Source: Candidatus Entotheonellaceae bacterium (GTDB lineage: Bacteria > Tectomicrobia > Entotheonellia > Entotheonellales > Entotheonellaceae). Taken from it: a DNA stretch of 64,000 nucleotides. The stretch is from positions 2,720,001 through 2,784,000 of the forward strand of contig OZ250173.1 in assembly GCA_965238075.1 (NCBI GenBank), in the 5' to 3' direction. The notes under the pieces are model-generated. The model ran no database searches and was not told the DNA's origin. It saw only the letters and a list, made by a program, of their open reading frames with translations. A program made the translations under genes and the position numbers. Numbering within the stretch: the stretch's first letter is position 1; every line of letters begins with the position of its first letter. Below are positions 1 to 8,930 of this stretch, piece after piece.

Positions 1-414
1 GCGATCCACCTGCACCGAATGATCGACAACCAGATCGACCTGGGTAATCGGATTGATGCGCTTGGGATCGCCGCCAAGCCGGTGCATGGCCGAGCGCAGG
101 GCGGCGAGGTCGGCGACCGCAGGCAGGCCCGTGTAGTCCTGCAGCAGCACCCGCGAGGGCACAAAAGGGAGCTCACGCGAGTTCGGTTGCGCTGCCTGCC
201 ACTGCACCAGGTCGCTGACGTCATCGGTGGAAGCGCCGAGGCCGTCGCACCGCCGCAGGATGGCCTCGAGGATGACCTTGAGGGAATAGGGCAGGCGCGA
301 TACGGCGCCGATTCCTTCCTCTTCCAGCCGGTTGAGGCGATACATCACCGCCGTTCCGCTTCCGGTCTCGAAGACGACGCGCGAGCCGAATGGGTCCTGA
401 TGGGGTTGGGTCAT
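1..414 (-). CDS. acnA: Aconitate hydratase A, N-terminal part (runs off the window)
   Basis: Not in the ORF track. Manual translation: MTQPHQDPFG...RLPYSLKVILEAILR...PFVPSRVLLQDYTGLPAVADLAALRSAM...INPITQVDLVVDHSVQVD, which are AcnA motifs. SD-like GAGG upstream. Confidence 0.95.
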   Translation of the reverse strand, partial: MTQPHQDPFGSRVVFETGSGTAVMYRLNRLEEEGIGAVSRLPYSLKVILEAILRRCDGLGASTDDVSDLVQWQAAQPNSRELPFVPSRVLLQDYTGLPAVADLAALRSAMHRLGGDPKRINPITQVDLVVDHSVQVDR

Positions 415-2576
415 GGAGCTAACCTCGCTGGCGTTGTAAACGTTTGGATGTTTACCGTTCTAATTCTTCTGGGGCGCTGACGTGAAGCCTGGGCCAGATT
501 CTCCAGCATCGCCTCCGTCGTGTCCCAAGACATGCAGGCGTCGGTGATGCTCTGTCCGTAGGTCAACGACTGCACGTCGTCGCCAAGGGGCTGATTACCC
601 TCGACCAAGTGGCTTTCCATCATGACGCCGAAGATGCTGGAGGAGCCGGAGCTGACCTGCTCAATCAGGGACTCCACGACGGCGGGCTGATTGGCGTGTT
701 TATTGCGGCTATTGCCGTGGCTGCAGTCGACCATCACGTGGCTTTTCAGGCCGGCCGCATTGAGCTTTTCCGCCCCACTTTCGACGTTCTCGCGGTCGAA
801 ATTGGTGCCGGCGTTGGAGCCGCGCAGAATCACGTGACAGCACTCGTTGCCGACGGTCTCGACGATGGCCGCAACGCCTTGCTTGGTAACACTCAGGAAA
901 TGATGAGGATGCTGGGCGGCGCCAATCGCGTCGATGGCGATCTGGATGTTGCCGTCTGTACCGTTCTTGAAGCCGACCGGCATGGACAACCCGGAGGCCA
1001 GCTCCCGATGCACCTGGCTTTCCGTCGTGCGAGCCCCAATGGCGCCCCAGGAAATGAGGTCGGCGGTGAACTGCGGGCTGATGGTGTCGAGAAATTCCGA
1101 ACCCGCCGGTACACCCATGTTGCCGAGATCGAGCAGCAGTCGCCGGGCTTTGCGCAGCCCCTGGTTGATGGCGAAGCTGCCGTTGAGGTTCGGATCGTTG
1201 ATCAGGCCCTTCCAGCCCACCGTGGTGCGGGGTTTCTCGAAGTAGACCCGCATGATCACGCACAGATCGTCGCTCAGGCGATCGGCGCATTTGGACAGCA
1301 GCCCCGCATATTCAATGGCCGCTTCGGTGTCGTGGATGGAGCAGGGGCCAACAATGGCCAAGAGCCGGTCATCCTGGCCGGTCACGATGGCGGCGGCCTC
1401 CTGGCGGGCCCTGGTCACCGTTTCCGATGCCTTTTCCGTGATGGGCAACTCTTCCTCAATCAGCACCGCCGGTGGGATCAGAGGCCGGGGTTGAATCATG
1501 GAGCTAACCTCTCTGGCGTTACGAATTGTTCCGGCGCTTCCCGGAACCTATTTCTTCTGACGGCGCTGGCGGGAAGCCTGGGCCAGATTCTCCAGCATCG
1601 GTTCCGTCGTGTCCCAAGACATGCAGGCGTCGGTGATGCTCTGCCCGTAGGTCAACGACTGCACGTCGTCGCCAAGGGGCTGATTGCCCTCCACCAGGTG
1701 ACTTTCCATCATGACGCCGAAGACATGGGCGGATCCGGAGCTGACTTGCTCGGCAAGGGACTCCGCCACAGCAGGTTGATTGGCGTGCTTCTTGCGACTG
1801 TTGCCGTGGCTGCAGTCGACCATGACGCGGCCTGCCAAGCCGGCCGCATCGAGCTTTTTCGCCACACTTTCGACGTTCTCACGGTCGAAGTTGGTGCCGG
1901 CGTTGGAGCCGCGCAGAATCACGTGGCAGTAATTGTTGCCGCCCGTCTCGACGATGGCCGCAACGCCTTGCTTACTAACGCCGAGGAAGTGATGCGGGCG
2001 CTGGGCGGCGCCAATCGCGTCGATGGCGATCTGGATATTGCCGTCCGTGCCGTTCTTGAAGCCGACCGGCATGGACAACCCGGAGGCCAGCTCCCGATGC
2101 ACCTGGCTTTCCGTCGTGCGAGCCCCAATGGCGCCCCAGGAAATGAGGTCGGCGGTGAACTGCGGGCTGATGGTATCGAGGAATTCCGAACCCGCCGGTA
2201 CACCCATGTTGCCGAGATCGAGCAGCAGTCGCCGGGCTTTGCGCAGCCCCTGGTTGATGGCGAAGCTGCCGTTGAGGTTCGGATCGTTGATCAGGCCCTT
2301 CCAGCCCACCGTGGTGCGGGGTTTCTCGAAGTAGACCCGCATGATCACGCACAGATCGTTGCTCAGGCGATCGGCGCATTTGGACAGCAGCCCCGCATAT
2401 TCAATGGCCGCTTCGGTGTCGTGGATGGAGCAGGGGCCAACAATGGCCAAGAGCCGGTCATCCTGGCCGGTCACGATGGCGGCGGCCTCTTGGCGGGCCC
2501 TGGTCACCGTTTCCGATGCCTTTTCCGTGATGGGCAACTCTTCCTCGACCAGCACCGCCGGTGGGATGAGAGGCCG
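402..2576. repeat. Tandem duplication, unit ~1.09 kb (about 402-1487 and 1488-2576)
   Basis: Direct nucleotide similarity at offset ~1085-1089, including the intergenic CATGGAGCTAACCTC segment at 412 and 1497. Confidence 0.95.
411..1499 (-). CDS. aroG: DAHP synthase type I-alpha, downstream copy (N-terminally truncated, C-terminally extended, Ser at feedback-specificity site)
   Basis: GPCSIHD, RVYFEKPRTTVGWKG, GAIGARTTESQ, DCSHGNS and GQSITDAC motifs; its stop overlaps the acnA start (ATGA). Confidence 0.93.
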   Translation of the reverse strand: MIQPRPLIPPAVLIEEELPITEKASETVTRARQEAAAIVTGQDDRLLAIVGPCSIHDTEAAIEYAGLLSKCADRLSDDLCVIMRVYFEKPRTTVGWKGLINDPNLNGSFAINQGLRKARRLLLDLGNMGVPAGSEFLDTISPQFTADLISWGAIGARTTESQVHRELASGLSMPVGFKNGTDGNIQIAIDAIGAAQHPHHFLSVTKQGVAAIVETVGNECCHVILRGSNAGTNFDRENVESGAEKLNAAGLKSHVMVDCSHGNSRNKHANQPAVVESLIEQVSSGSSSIFGVMMESHLVEGNQPLGDDVQSLTYGQSITDACMSWDTTEAMLENLAQASRQRPRRIRTVNIQTFTTPARLAP

Positions 2577-2615
2577 TAGATTGGCGATTCGAAGATCGTC
2601 CGTCCGCTGGAGCAT
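1548..2615 (-). CDS. aroF: DAHP synthase type I-alpha, full-length upstream copy (Gly at feedback-specificity site)
   Basis: Same motifs plus the N-terminal TDDLRI arm; ATG at 2615 with AGAGG upstream. The aroF label is inferred from the FLGV motif only. Confidence 0.9.
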   Translation of the reverse strand: MLQRTDDLRIANLRPLIPPAVLVEEELPITEKASETVTRARQEAAAIVTGQDDRLLAIVGPCSIHDTEAAIEYAGLLSKCADRLSNDLCVIMRVYFEKPRTTVGWKGLINDPNLNGSFAINQGLRKARRLLLDLGNMGVPAGSEFLDTISPQFTADLISWGAIGARTTESQVHRELASGLSMPVGFKNGTDGNIQIAIDAIGAAQRPHHFLGVSKQGVAAIVETGGNNYCHVILRGSNAGTNFDRENVESVAKKLDAAGLAGRVMVDCSHGNSRKKHANQPAVAESLAEQVSSGSAHVFGVMMESHLVEGNQPLGDDVQSLTYGQSITDACMSWDTTEPMLENLAQASRQRRQKK

Positions 2616-2687
2616 GGGATGGTTTTCCTCTTCTGAGGTCAACAAATTGCGTGCCGTGCCATGGCAGTCAGGATATTAGAAGGCGCT

Positions 2688-2716
2688 ATGCTAAGTCCGA
2701 ATCCGCCATCGGTCAA
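2688..2716 (-). promoter_or_regulatory. Putative sigma70 promoter of the DAHP synthase-acnA operon
   Basis: TTGACC-N17-TAGCAT on the minus strand. Confidence 0.55.
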
Positions 2717-2818
2717 GGCACTGCGCGGGTGAAACGATTGATTCAACGATGCTTGGAACAACTGGAAGGAACGGGGCGTTAGCGGTGTGCCGCCGTCACG
2801 CCCCTGCAGACTTGTGGC

Positions 2819-3721
2819 TTACTTGATCGCACCCGCCGTCAGGCCGGAGACGTAGTAATCCATGAAGAACGCATAGAGCACGATGACGGGTATGGAACCC
2901 ACCAGGCAGGAGGCCATCAGCGAGCCCCAGAAGTAGATGTCGCCGCGCACCAGTTCCGTGAGCACGCCGACCGACAGGGTCTTCTGGAGCTCGTCCTGGA
3001 TGAACACGAGGGTGTACAGGAACTCGTTCCAGCACAGGGTGAACGAGAACAGCACGGCGCAAGCCACCCCCGGCAGGGCCATCGGCAGGACGATGCTGAC
3101 CAGGGTGCGCATGCGGCTGGCACCGTCGATGTAGGCGCATTCCTCGACCTCGAACGGCACGGTGCGGAAGTAGCCCATCAATAGCCAGGTGACGAACGGG
3201 ATCAGAAACGTCGGGTAGGTGAGGATCAACGACCAGTAGGTGTCGCGGATCGGTATGAAATCGTCGATGAAATTGATCACGTTGATGAGCGGCAGGAATA
3301 GCAGGGCCTGAGGTACCAGGTAGGTGATGAACACCGCCACCCCGAACACCTCGACGCCCCGGAAGCGCAGCCGGGCGAGAGCGTAGGCCGCCAGGATGCC
3401 CACCGCCACGGAGATGGCCGTCGAGACCGCGGTGACGATGAAGGTGTTGATCAGCCAGTGGTCGAAGAAGTGGGTGTTTTCAGCCAGGTAGATGTAATTA
3501 TCCAGCGTGATGCCGGTGGCCCAGAACGGCGAGGCCCCGAGGTTGTTGATCTCCTGCTTCGACTTCAGGGAGGTGATGAACATGATGTACAGGGGGAAGA
3601 GCGAAAAGGCAAGGTAAGGGAGGAGACTGGCATACGTCACAATCTCCTTACGGATGCGCCACATGGGCATTTTGGCTTTCGCCCCCAATCCCACCACCGT
3701 GCTGATTGCGCTAGACGCCAT
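2819..3721 (-). CDS. Carbohydrate ABC transporter permease (MalG-like)
   Basis: EECAYIDGAS EAA loop, TM helices, DYYVSGLTAGAIK C-terminus. Confidence 0.92.
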   Translation of the reverse strand: MASSAISTVVGLGAKAKMPMWRIRKEIVTYASLLPYLAFSLFPLYIMFITSLKSKQEINNLGASPFWATGITLDNYIYLAENTHFFDHWLINTFIVTAVSTAISVAVGILAAYALARLRFRGVEVFGVAVFITYLVPQALLFLPLINVINFIDDFIPIRDTYWSLILTYPTFLIPFVTWLLMGYFRTVPFEVEECAYIDGASRMRTLVSIVLPMALPGVACAVLFSFTLCWNEFLYTLVFIQDELQKTLSVGVLTELVRGDIYFWGSLMASCLVGSIPVIVLYAFFMDYYVSGLTAGAIK

Positions 3722-4748
3722 AGCCCGTCTCCTTTCGTACCATCTTGAGCTGGAGGATTACCACCAGCAGCAGGATGGGGAACAAGAAGAGAGAAATGGC
3801 CGCCCCGAGGCCGATCTCCTGATTGAGAATGCCTACCGTGAACGAATAGGTGGCAAAGAGATGGGTGTAGTTCATCGGTCCCCCGCGCGTCAGCACGTAC
3901 ACAATTCCGAAGTCGGCCAAGGTGAAAATGGTGGAAAAGAGAACGACCACGGCCATGACCGGCCGCAGCAGCGGCAGCGTCACGTGCCAGAATTTGCGCA
4001 GCGTGGAGGCGCCGTCTGTCTCCGCAGCTTCGTAGAGCTGCTCCGGAATGGACACCAAACCCGCAAACATGGTGACGGCAAAAAACGGCATGCCGCGCCA
4101 GAAATTCACGAAGATGACCGAACTCAGGGCCAGGTTCGGATTACCCAGCCATTGGTAGGGGCCGAGGCCGAGGAGATTGAGCGGCCAGAGGTTCTCCAGC
4201 AGCCAGTTGATGTGGCTGTAGGTCGGGTCCAAGATCAGCCACCAGCCCAGCGTCGTAAGCACGGTGGGCGCGACGAACGGCACCAGAATCGAGCCGCGAA
4301 TGAAGCGCTTCATCTTGGTCGCCCGTTGCATCAACAGCGCTGCCCCGAGCCCGAAAACGCCCTTCAGGACGACCGAAAAGATGGCGAACAAGAGGGTATT
4401 TCGCAGCGTCAGCAGGAAGATGTCATCGGCAAGCGACAGGTCCCAGAAAAAGCCTCTGAACTTGAGATACCAGGGCAGGTCCTCGCCCTCGTACATGATG
4501 CCGAAGAGGTACATGAAATTTGCCAGGCCGACCCATTGGCCCGGTTCGCCAATCATGGCGTCGCTCAGGCTGAACCAGATAGCTAAAAAGAAGGGGTATA
4601 CGACCAGGCAGGCCATGATGATGACGGCGGGCAGGATAAAGCCATAGCCGTCAAAGTCAGGGCCTAACGAGCGGCGCCAGCGTTGTCGATTTGCCGCCGT
4701 CAAGTCTCGACCGACAAGAACCTGTTCTCTTGTGTTGGAGATCGCCAT
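3711..4748 (-). CDS. Carbohydrate ABC transporter permease (MalF-like)
   Basis: LYEAAETDGAS..KFWHVTLPLLRP motif. Confidence 0.92.
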   Translation of the reverse strand: MAISNTREQVLVGRDLTAANRQRWRRSLGPDFDGYGFILPAVIIMACLVVYPFFLAIWFSLSDAMIGEPGQWVGLANFMYLFGIMYEGEDLPWYLKFRGFFWDLSLADDIFLLTLRNTLLFAIFSVVLKGVFGLGAALLMQRATKMKRFIRGSILVPFVAPTVLTTLGWWLILDPTYSHINWLLENLWPLNLLGLGPYQWLGNPNLALSSVIFVNFWRGMPFFAVTMFAGLVSIPEQLYEAAETDGASTLRKFWHVTLPLLRPVMAVVVLFSTIFTLADFGIVYVLTRGGPMNYTHLFATYSFTVGILNQEIGLGAAISLFLFPILLLVVILQLKMVRKETGYGV

Positions 4749-4794
4749 CCTTTGACCTCTCTTGGGAGTTGAAGAACGTCCTCCGGCAGGAGGG

Positions 4795-4833
4795 AAAAAT
4801 AACCGGCGCTGGTGGCGTCACCGCCAGCGCCGG
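4795..4833 (-). terminator. Intrinsic terminator or stabilising hairpin after the solute-binding protein gene
   Basis: CCGGCGCTGG/CCAGCGCCGG stem followed by TTATTTTT on the minus strand. Confidence 0.7.
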
Positions 4834-4856
4834 GCAACTGCGACGCGACCCGTCGG

Positions 4857-6197
4857 CTAGCTGTGCCGCCGATAGAGCCGTTTCATCTGCTTTTCCGCCT
4901 TCTTCACCGCTTGCTCCGCCGTCATCCTGTCGGTGGCGCAAGCCGCCGCGGTGTCGGGGATGATGAACTGCCGCCACACGGTCTCGGAGGCGGCATTCGG
5001 GGTGCCCGGCCAACCCGGGGCGTGTGTGTACCAGCCAATGTACGGGGCGAAATAGTATTTGGAGTTCGAGGCGTAAATCGGGTGCATGGAGAAGGCACGC
5101 ATCAGCGGCTGGTTGTAGCCCTCGCTGGCGGTCAGATGCTTCTCCTGCTGATCCTTCTGGAAGTGGAAGTCCAGAAACTCCTTGGCGAGTTCCTGATTCC
5201 GGGAGAATTTCCAGACGCCGAGGGTGGCATAGGCTGCCGACATGTGGCGTCCGGCAGGCCCGGCTGGCGGCATGATGTGATTGATGACCTGATGGACCGG
5301 GCGCTCGGTGCCGGGGATCAGCGCATCGTCGTTGCGTGCCGAGTTGTAGGCGCTGATCGGGTTGAGGATCATGCTGCACTTGCCGGAATTGAGGCACACG
5401 TTGTTGTTGCGGTCGTCCCAGGCCAGCACTTCCTCTTCCATGGCGTCGTTGTACAGAGCCTTGATGAACTTGTACGCCTCGACCGCCTCCGGCGAATTCA
5501 CCGCCACGGTCTTGCCATCCTCTTCCACCAGCTTGCCGCCCCAGCTCCAGATGATGCCGCGCAGGATGTGGTTGGCGTCTTCCGAGTGGCTCAGCTGGAT
5601 GCCGATGGGGTGTCCCTTGGCCTTCAACTGCATGCCGATGCGGCGGACATCTTCCCAGGTGTCCGGCAGCGTCTCGCCGATCTCGGCGATGAGGTCGGTG
5701 CGCACAGCAATGGGGAAGGAAATGAAGAACCACGGCACCGCCCGGTAGTGACCCTTGCCGTCGCGCCCGACGATGTTGTCCGTCAACCCGCCGGCGCGTC
5801 GACCCACCTTTTCGACCAGATCGTCGAGGTTGATCAGGTGCTTCTTATACAGATCCGGCATGCCGACCCACAGGGCGGTGAGGTCGTGTCCCTTTTGTCC
5901 CTGCACCTCGCTGGCCAGCACCGCCGGGAGCTGCAAGTGCGCCACGCGGTCCATGCGCACTTTGACGCCGGCCATCTGGCCGAACTCTTCGAGTTGCCGC
6001 TTGAGCTCCTTGTCGGAGCTGGGCACGAAGTGCGAGAACGTGATCAGTCGCAGCTCGCGGTCCTGCCCGATGGCCGGAGGCGTTTTGGCGAGCAGCATGC
6101 CGGCGACCCCGGCAGAGGTTGCCACCGATGACCGTAAGAAGCTGCGCCGAGAGGCGGGACCAGTCAAACGGGTCGTCATCTCGTAGGGCGTTACCAT
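4857..6197 (-). CDS. Extracellular solute-binding protein family 1, Tat-exported
   Basis: SRRSFLR twin-arginine motif and SBP1-like sequence; ATG 6197 has a GGAG SD, while the track's TTG start is the -35 box. Confidence 0.9.
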   Translation of the reverse strand: MVTPYEMTTRLTGPASRRSFLRSSVATSAGVAGMLLAKTPPAIGQDRELRLITFSHFVPSSDKELKRQLEEFGQMAGVKVRMDRVAHLQLPAVLASEVQGQKGHDLTALWVGMPDLYKKHLINLDDLVEKVGRRAGGLTDNIVGRDGKGHYRAVPWFFISFPIAVRTDLIAEIGETLPDTWEDVRRIGMQLKAKGHPIGIQLSHSEDANHILRGIIWSWGGKLVEEDGKTVAVNSPEAVEAYKFIKALYNDAMEEEVLAWDDRNNNVCLNSGKCSMILNPISAYNSARNDDALIPGTERPVHQVINHIMPPAGPAGRHMSAAYATLGVWKFSRNQELAKEFLDFHFQKDQQEKHLTASEGYNQPLMRAFSMHPIYASNSKYYFAPYIGWYTHAPGWPGTPNAASETVWRQFIIPDTAAACATDRMTAEQAVKKAEKQMKRLYRRHS

Positions 6198-6248
6198 ACG
6201 ACTTCTCCACAAGTTTGAGGATGTTGGCTCGGGTTGGGGAATCCTGCT

Positions 6249-6278
6249 TCTATAGCATGGCGGCTTTGGGTGTGTCAA
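6249..6278 (-). promoter_or_regulatory. Putative sigma70 promoter (extended -10) of the sugar ABC operon
   Basis: TTGACA-N18-TATAGA with TGn before the -10. Confidence 0.55.
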
Positions 6279-6631
6279 TCGCTATCCGGCGGTGGTTGCG
6301 GCCTCCCGGCGGCCTCGAATTCCGCCTCGGTTTGAAGTCGTCCGCCGCGGATTTGGCGCTCGACGATTTGCATGCGGCGGTCGAATCCTAATGTGACACT
6401 GATGCGCTGGAAGCAGCGGTCGCCCACCACGTCTTTGTGCACGGTGTAAGCGGGTCCTTCCTCGCCGGGGTCGAGAAGGTTACTCGCCACGTCGTAACGG
6501 CGGTCGACGCGCACGCGGATGGCTTCGCCACAGCGGTCGCAGATCAGATGCAGCCACAAGGCGTTGTCCGCTTCCTGTCTTGGGGACCGTGCAAACAGAC
6601 TCCGCAACCAGCGCATCGCGTCACTCCTCAC
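6275..6631 (-). CDS. Hypothetical protein with CxxC...C (possible zinc ribbon)
   Basis: ICDRCGE..VGDRCF; lies in operon position after the Ldh gene. Confidence 0.7.
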   Translation of the reverse strand: MRSDAMRWLRSLFARSPRQEADNALWLHLICDRCGEAIRVRVDRRYDVASNLLDPGEEGPAYTVHKDVVGDRCFQRISVTLGFDRRMQIVERQIRGGRLQTEAEFEAAGRPQPPPDSD

Positions 6632-6649
6632 GGTTGCCGTCAGACGGCA

Positions 6650-7699
6650 TCAATTGACCGTGACTCCGTACTCGGCCGCCGATGACTTGATCTGGCTCCA
6701 GGTCTCGTCGTCAACCACAATGCCGTTGGCGCGGCGGGCCTGTTCCTGGCGGCTTTCGATCTCACCGGGCAGCAGGATTTCGCTGAACCCTTCCATGGTC
6801 TTGGCGCTCTTGACGTAAGCCGTTAAGTTGTCCACCTCTCGGATAAAGTCCTCCAGCGGGGTGAAGGCCGAGATGTTGAGCACCAGCATGAACACGCCGT
6901 TACCGCTGCGCGTCGGGTTGGGGTGAGCGCAGCCGGCCCGTGTCAAGGCACCGCTGAGAATTTCGATGACGAGTGCCAGGCCGTAGCCTTTGTGTCCCTC
7001 GCTCAGTCCGCCGAGCGGCAAAATGGAGCCGCGCGGCGTGGTGTAGAGATCGTTCGGGTCCGTGGTCGGGACGCCCTGGTTGTTGACCAGCCAGCCCATG
7101 GGCGTCGGCAATCCCTGGTTGCGCTTCACCCGCACCTTGCCTTCCGCCACCACGCTGGTAGCGATGTCGAGCACAATCGGCCCGTCCTGTCCGGTGGGAA
7201 TGCCGACGGAGATGGGATTCGTTACCATGCGGCCCTCAGCGCCGCCGAAGGGCGCGACAATGGCGCCGGCGCCGTGGCCGTTGACCGTGGTGATGCCGAC
7301 CATGCCGCGCGCCGCGGCCATAGCGGGATACTCGCCCAGGCGTCCGATGTGATTGCAGTTGTGAATCCCCACCGAGCTCACCGCCTGCGTCGCGGCCTTG
7401 TCTATGGCCATTTCCATGGCTCGCGTCCCAGCCGTCTGGCCGTAGCCCCAATTGGCGTTCAGAACCACTGTCGCAGGCGTTTCCTGCACCACGTCCAAGT
7501 CCGCGTCGGGCACGCAGTTGCCTTTCTGGACGTCGCCCAGATATTGCGGGATGCGGATGACCCCGTGAGAGTCATGTCCCATCAGATTGGCCGTCACCAG
7601 ATAACGGCTGATCAGGCCCGCTTCCTCGCCAGAGGAGCCGGCGCCCTGGAAAATACGTTTGCTCGTTGCTTCGAGTTCTTCCGCCTGCAAAGTTGGCAT
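6650..7699 (-). CDS. Ldh_2 family (malate/L-lactate/sulfolactate-type) oxidoreductase
   Basis: GHDSHGVIR, NHIGRLG, TNPI, LDIATS, HKGYGL, LPGE; ATG 7699 with AGGA SD. Confidence 0.92.
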   Translation of the reverse strand: MPTLQAEELEATSKRIFQGAGSSGEEAGLISRYLVTANLMGHDSHGVIRIPQYLGDVQKGNCVPDADLDVVQETPATVVLNANWGYGQTAGTRAMEMAIDKAATQAVSSVGIHNCNHIGRLGEYPAMAAARGMVGITTVNGHGAGAIVAPFGGAEGRMVTNPISVGIPTGQDGPIVLDIATSVVAEGKVRVKRNQGLPTPMGWLVNNQGVPTTDPNDLYTTPRGSILPLGGLSEGHKGYGLALVIEILSGALTRAGCAHPNPTRSGNGVFMLVLNISAFTPLEDFIREVDNLTAYVKSAKTMEGFSEILLPGEIESRQEQARRANGIVVDDETWSQIKSSAAEYGVTVN

Positions 7700-7819
7700 G
7701 CGTAGGTCCTTCCTGAATATGTCGGAGGAGGAGGAGTAAGAGTTGTGTGGGGTAATGTGCGGGCAGTGTAACAGGGCGACTCCGGTGCGGCAACAGCCCG
7801 GCACCGGGTTTGCGCGGGC

Positions 7820-8437
7820 TCAGAACAAGCCCCAAACGGCTCCCTTCAGCCACACGTAGCCTCTGTACCCGAAGAAGATGATCAGCAGGGAAATAAAGAG
7901 CGCCAGCAGACTGCACAGAATGCCGGCCAGCAGCAGCACGCCATCGTCTTCTAACAGCGAGAAGCCGATGAGAAAAATGCCGAACGCCGGCGCCGTGTTG
8001 GTCCCCGGAATCGGCAGCAGCATGGAGCACGCCAGCGCGCAGACGATGATACCGATAACAGCACGCATGGCCGGCGCCCGCACCAGCCCGATGAGGCGCG
8101 GGCTGGAGAACCGTTCGACAACCTGCACGAGGCGCAGCATCGCGTCCACCACGCGGCGGTTGAAGCGGGCGGTGTTGAAGGGCCTTTGCCGTAGCCTGGC
8201 GGGCAGCCAGAGATTGTCGTATCCCGCCAGCAGGCGCAGGCCGATGATCAGGAGCGGGACCGCCAGCAAGGTGGAGTATCCGGCGGCCGGCACGGGCAAC
8301 GCCGCCGGGACGGAGAACAGGATCAGAATGACCGCCATGCCGTGGCGGTCGAGCTCCTCAACCAGTTCGCCGCAGGTGATGGGGTTTCGGTCGGGGTCGA
8401 AGACGGACTCGATGAGGTTGGAGAGCGCTGGTTTCAC
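7820..8437 (-). CDS. ExoD-family membrane protein
   Basis: LPVP, LWLP, LPIPGTNTAPA..EDDG motifs; start uncertain. Confidence 0.85.
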   Translation of the reverse strand: MKPALSNLIESVFDPDRNPITCGELVEELDRHGMAVILILFSVPAALPVPAAGYSTLLAVPLLIIGLRLLAGYDNLWLPARLRQRPFNTARFNRRVVDAMLRLVQVVERFSSPRLIGLVRAPAMRAVIGIIVCALACSMLLPIPGTNTAPAFGIFLIGFSLLEDDGVLLLAGILCSLLALFISLLIIFFGYRGYVWLKGAVWGLF

Positions 8438-8499
8438 GTCACGATCCTGTTGATGACTGAACGGCAATCGAAGGTGAGGGGCGCGCGTGGCGGGGACGT

Positions 8500-8528
8500 T
8501 TGCCCCGCCTAGGTGCTTCGTGTATAGT
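8500..8528 (+). promoter_or_regulatory. Sigma70 promoter immediately upstream of the Fur-family gene
   Basis: TTGCCC-N17-TATAGT, ending 6 nt before ATG 8535. Confidence 0.6.
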
Positions 8529-8534
8529 CCGCCC

Positions 8535-8912
8535 ATGGACCGTAACACCCGACAACGCCAAGCGATACGCAGGATTTTTGAAGAAGTCGACCGCCCGCTG
8601 AGCCCCCAGGAAGTGCTTCCGGCCGCCCAATCCTACGTGCCGGGACTGGGTATCGCCACGGTGTACCGCAACCTCAAAGCGCTGGTTACAGATGGCTGGT
8701 TGGAGTCGGTCGCCCTGCCCGGCGAACCGCCGCGCTATGAAGTGGCGGGCAAGCGGCACCACCACCACTTCCGCTGCCGCACCTGCGTTCGCGTCTTCGA
8801 GATCCACGGCTGTTCCACGAATCTGGCGCAGCTCACCCCGCGCGGTTTCCGCCTTGAAGGCCATGACGTCGTGCTTTACGGCCTCTGTACGGCCTGCTCC
8901 AAGATCGTGTAA
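8535..8912 (+). CDS. Fur-family transcriptional regulator
   Basis: TRQRQAI, GIATVYRNL, HHHHFRCRTC and C-terminal CTAC. Confidence 0.92.
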   Translation: MDRNTRQRQAIRRIFEEVDRPLSPQEVLPAAQSYVPGLGIATVYRNLKALVTDGWLESVALPGEPPRYEVAGKRHHHHFRCRTCVRVFEIHGCSTNLAQLTPRGFRLEGHDVVLYGLCTACSKIV

Positions 8913-8930
8913 GGCCAAGGGCGGCACGGT

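Noticed and set aside
19-480. 153-aa plus-strand ORF
   Set aside because: Antisense shadow of acnA.
609-2579. 656-aa plus-strand ORF with an internal repeat
   Set aside because: Antisense shadow of the two DAHP synthase genes; the repeat only mirrors the duplication.
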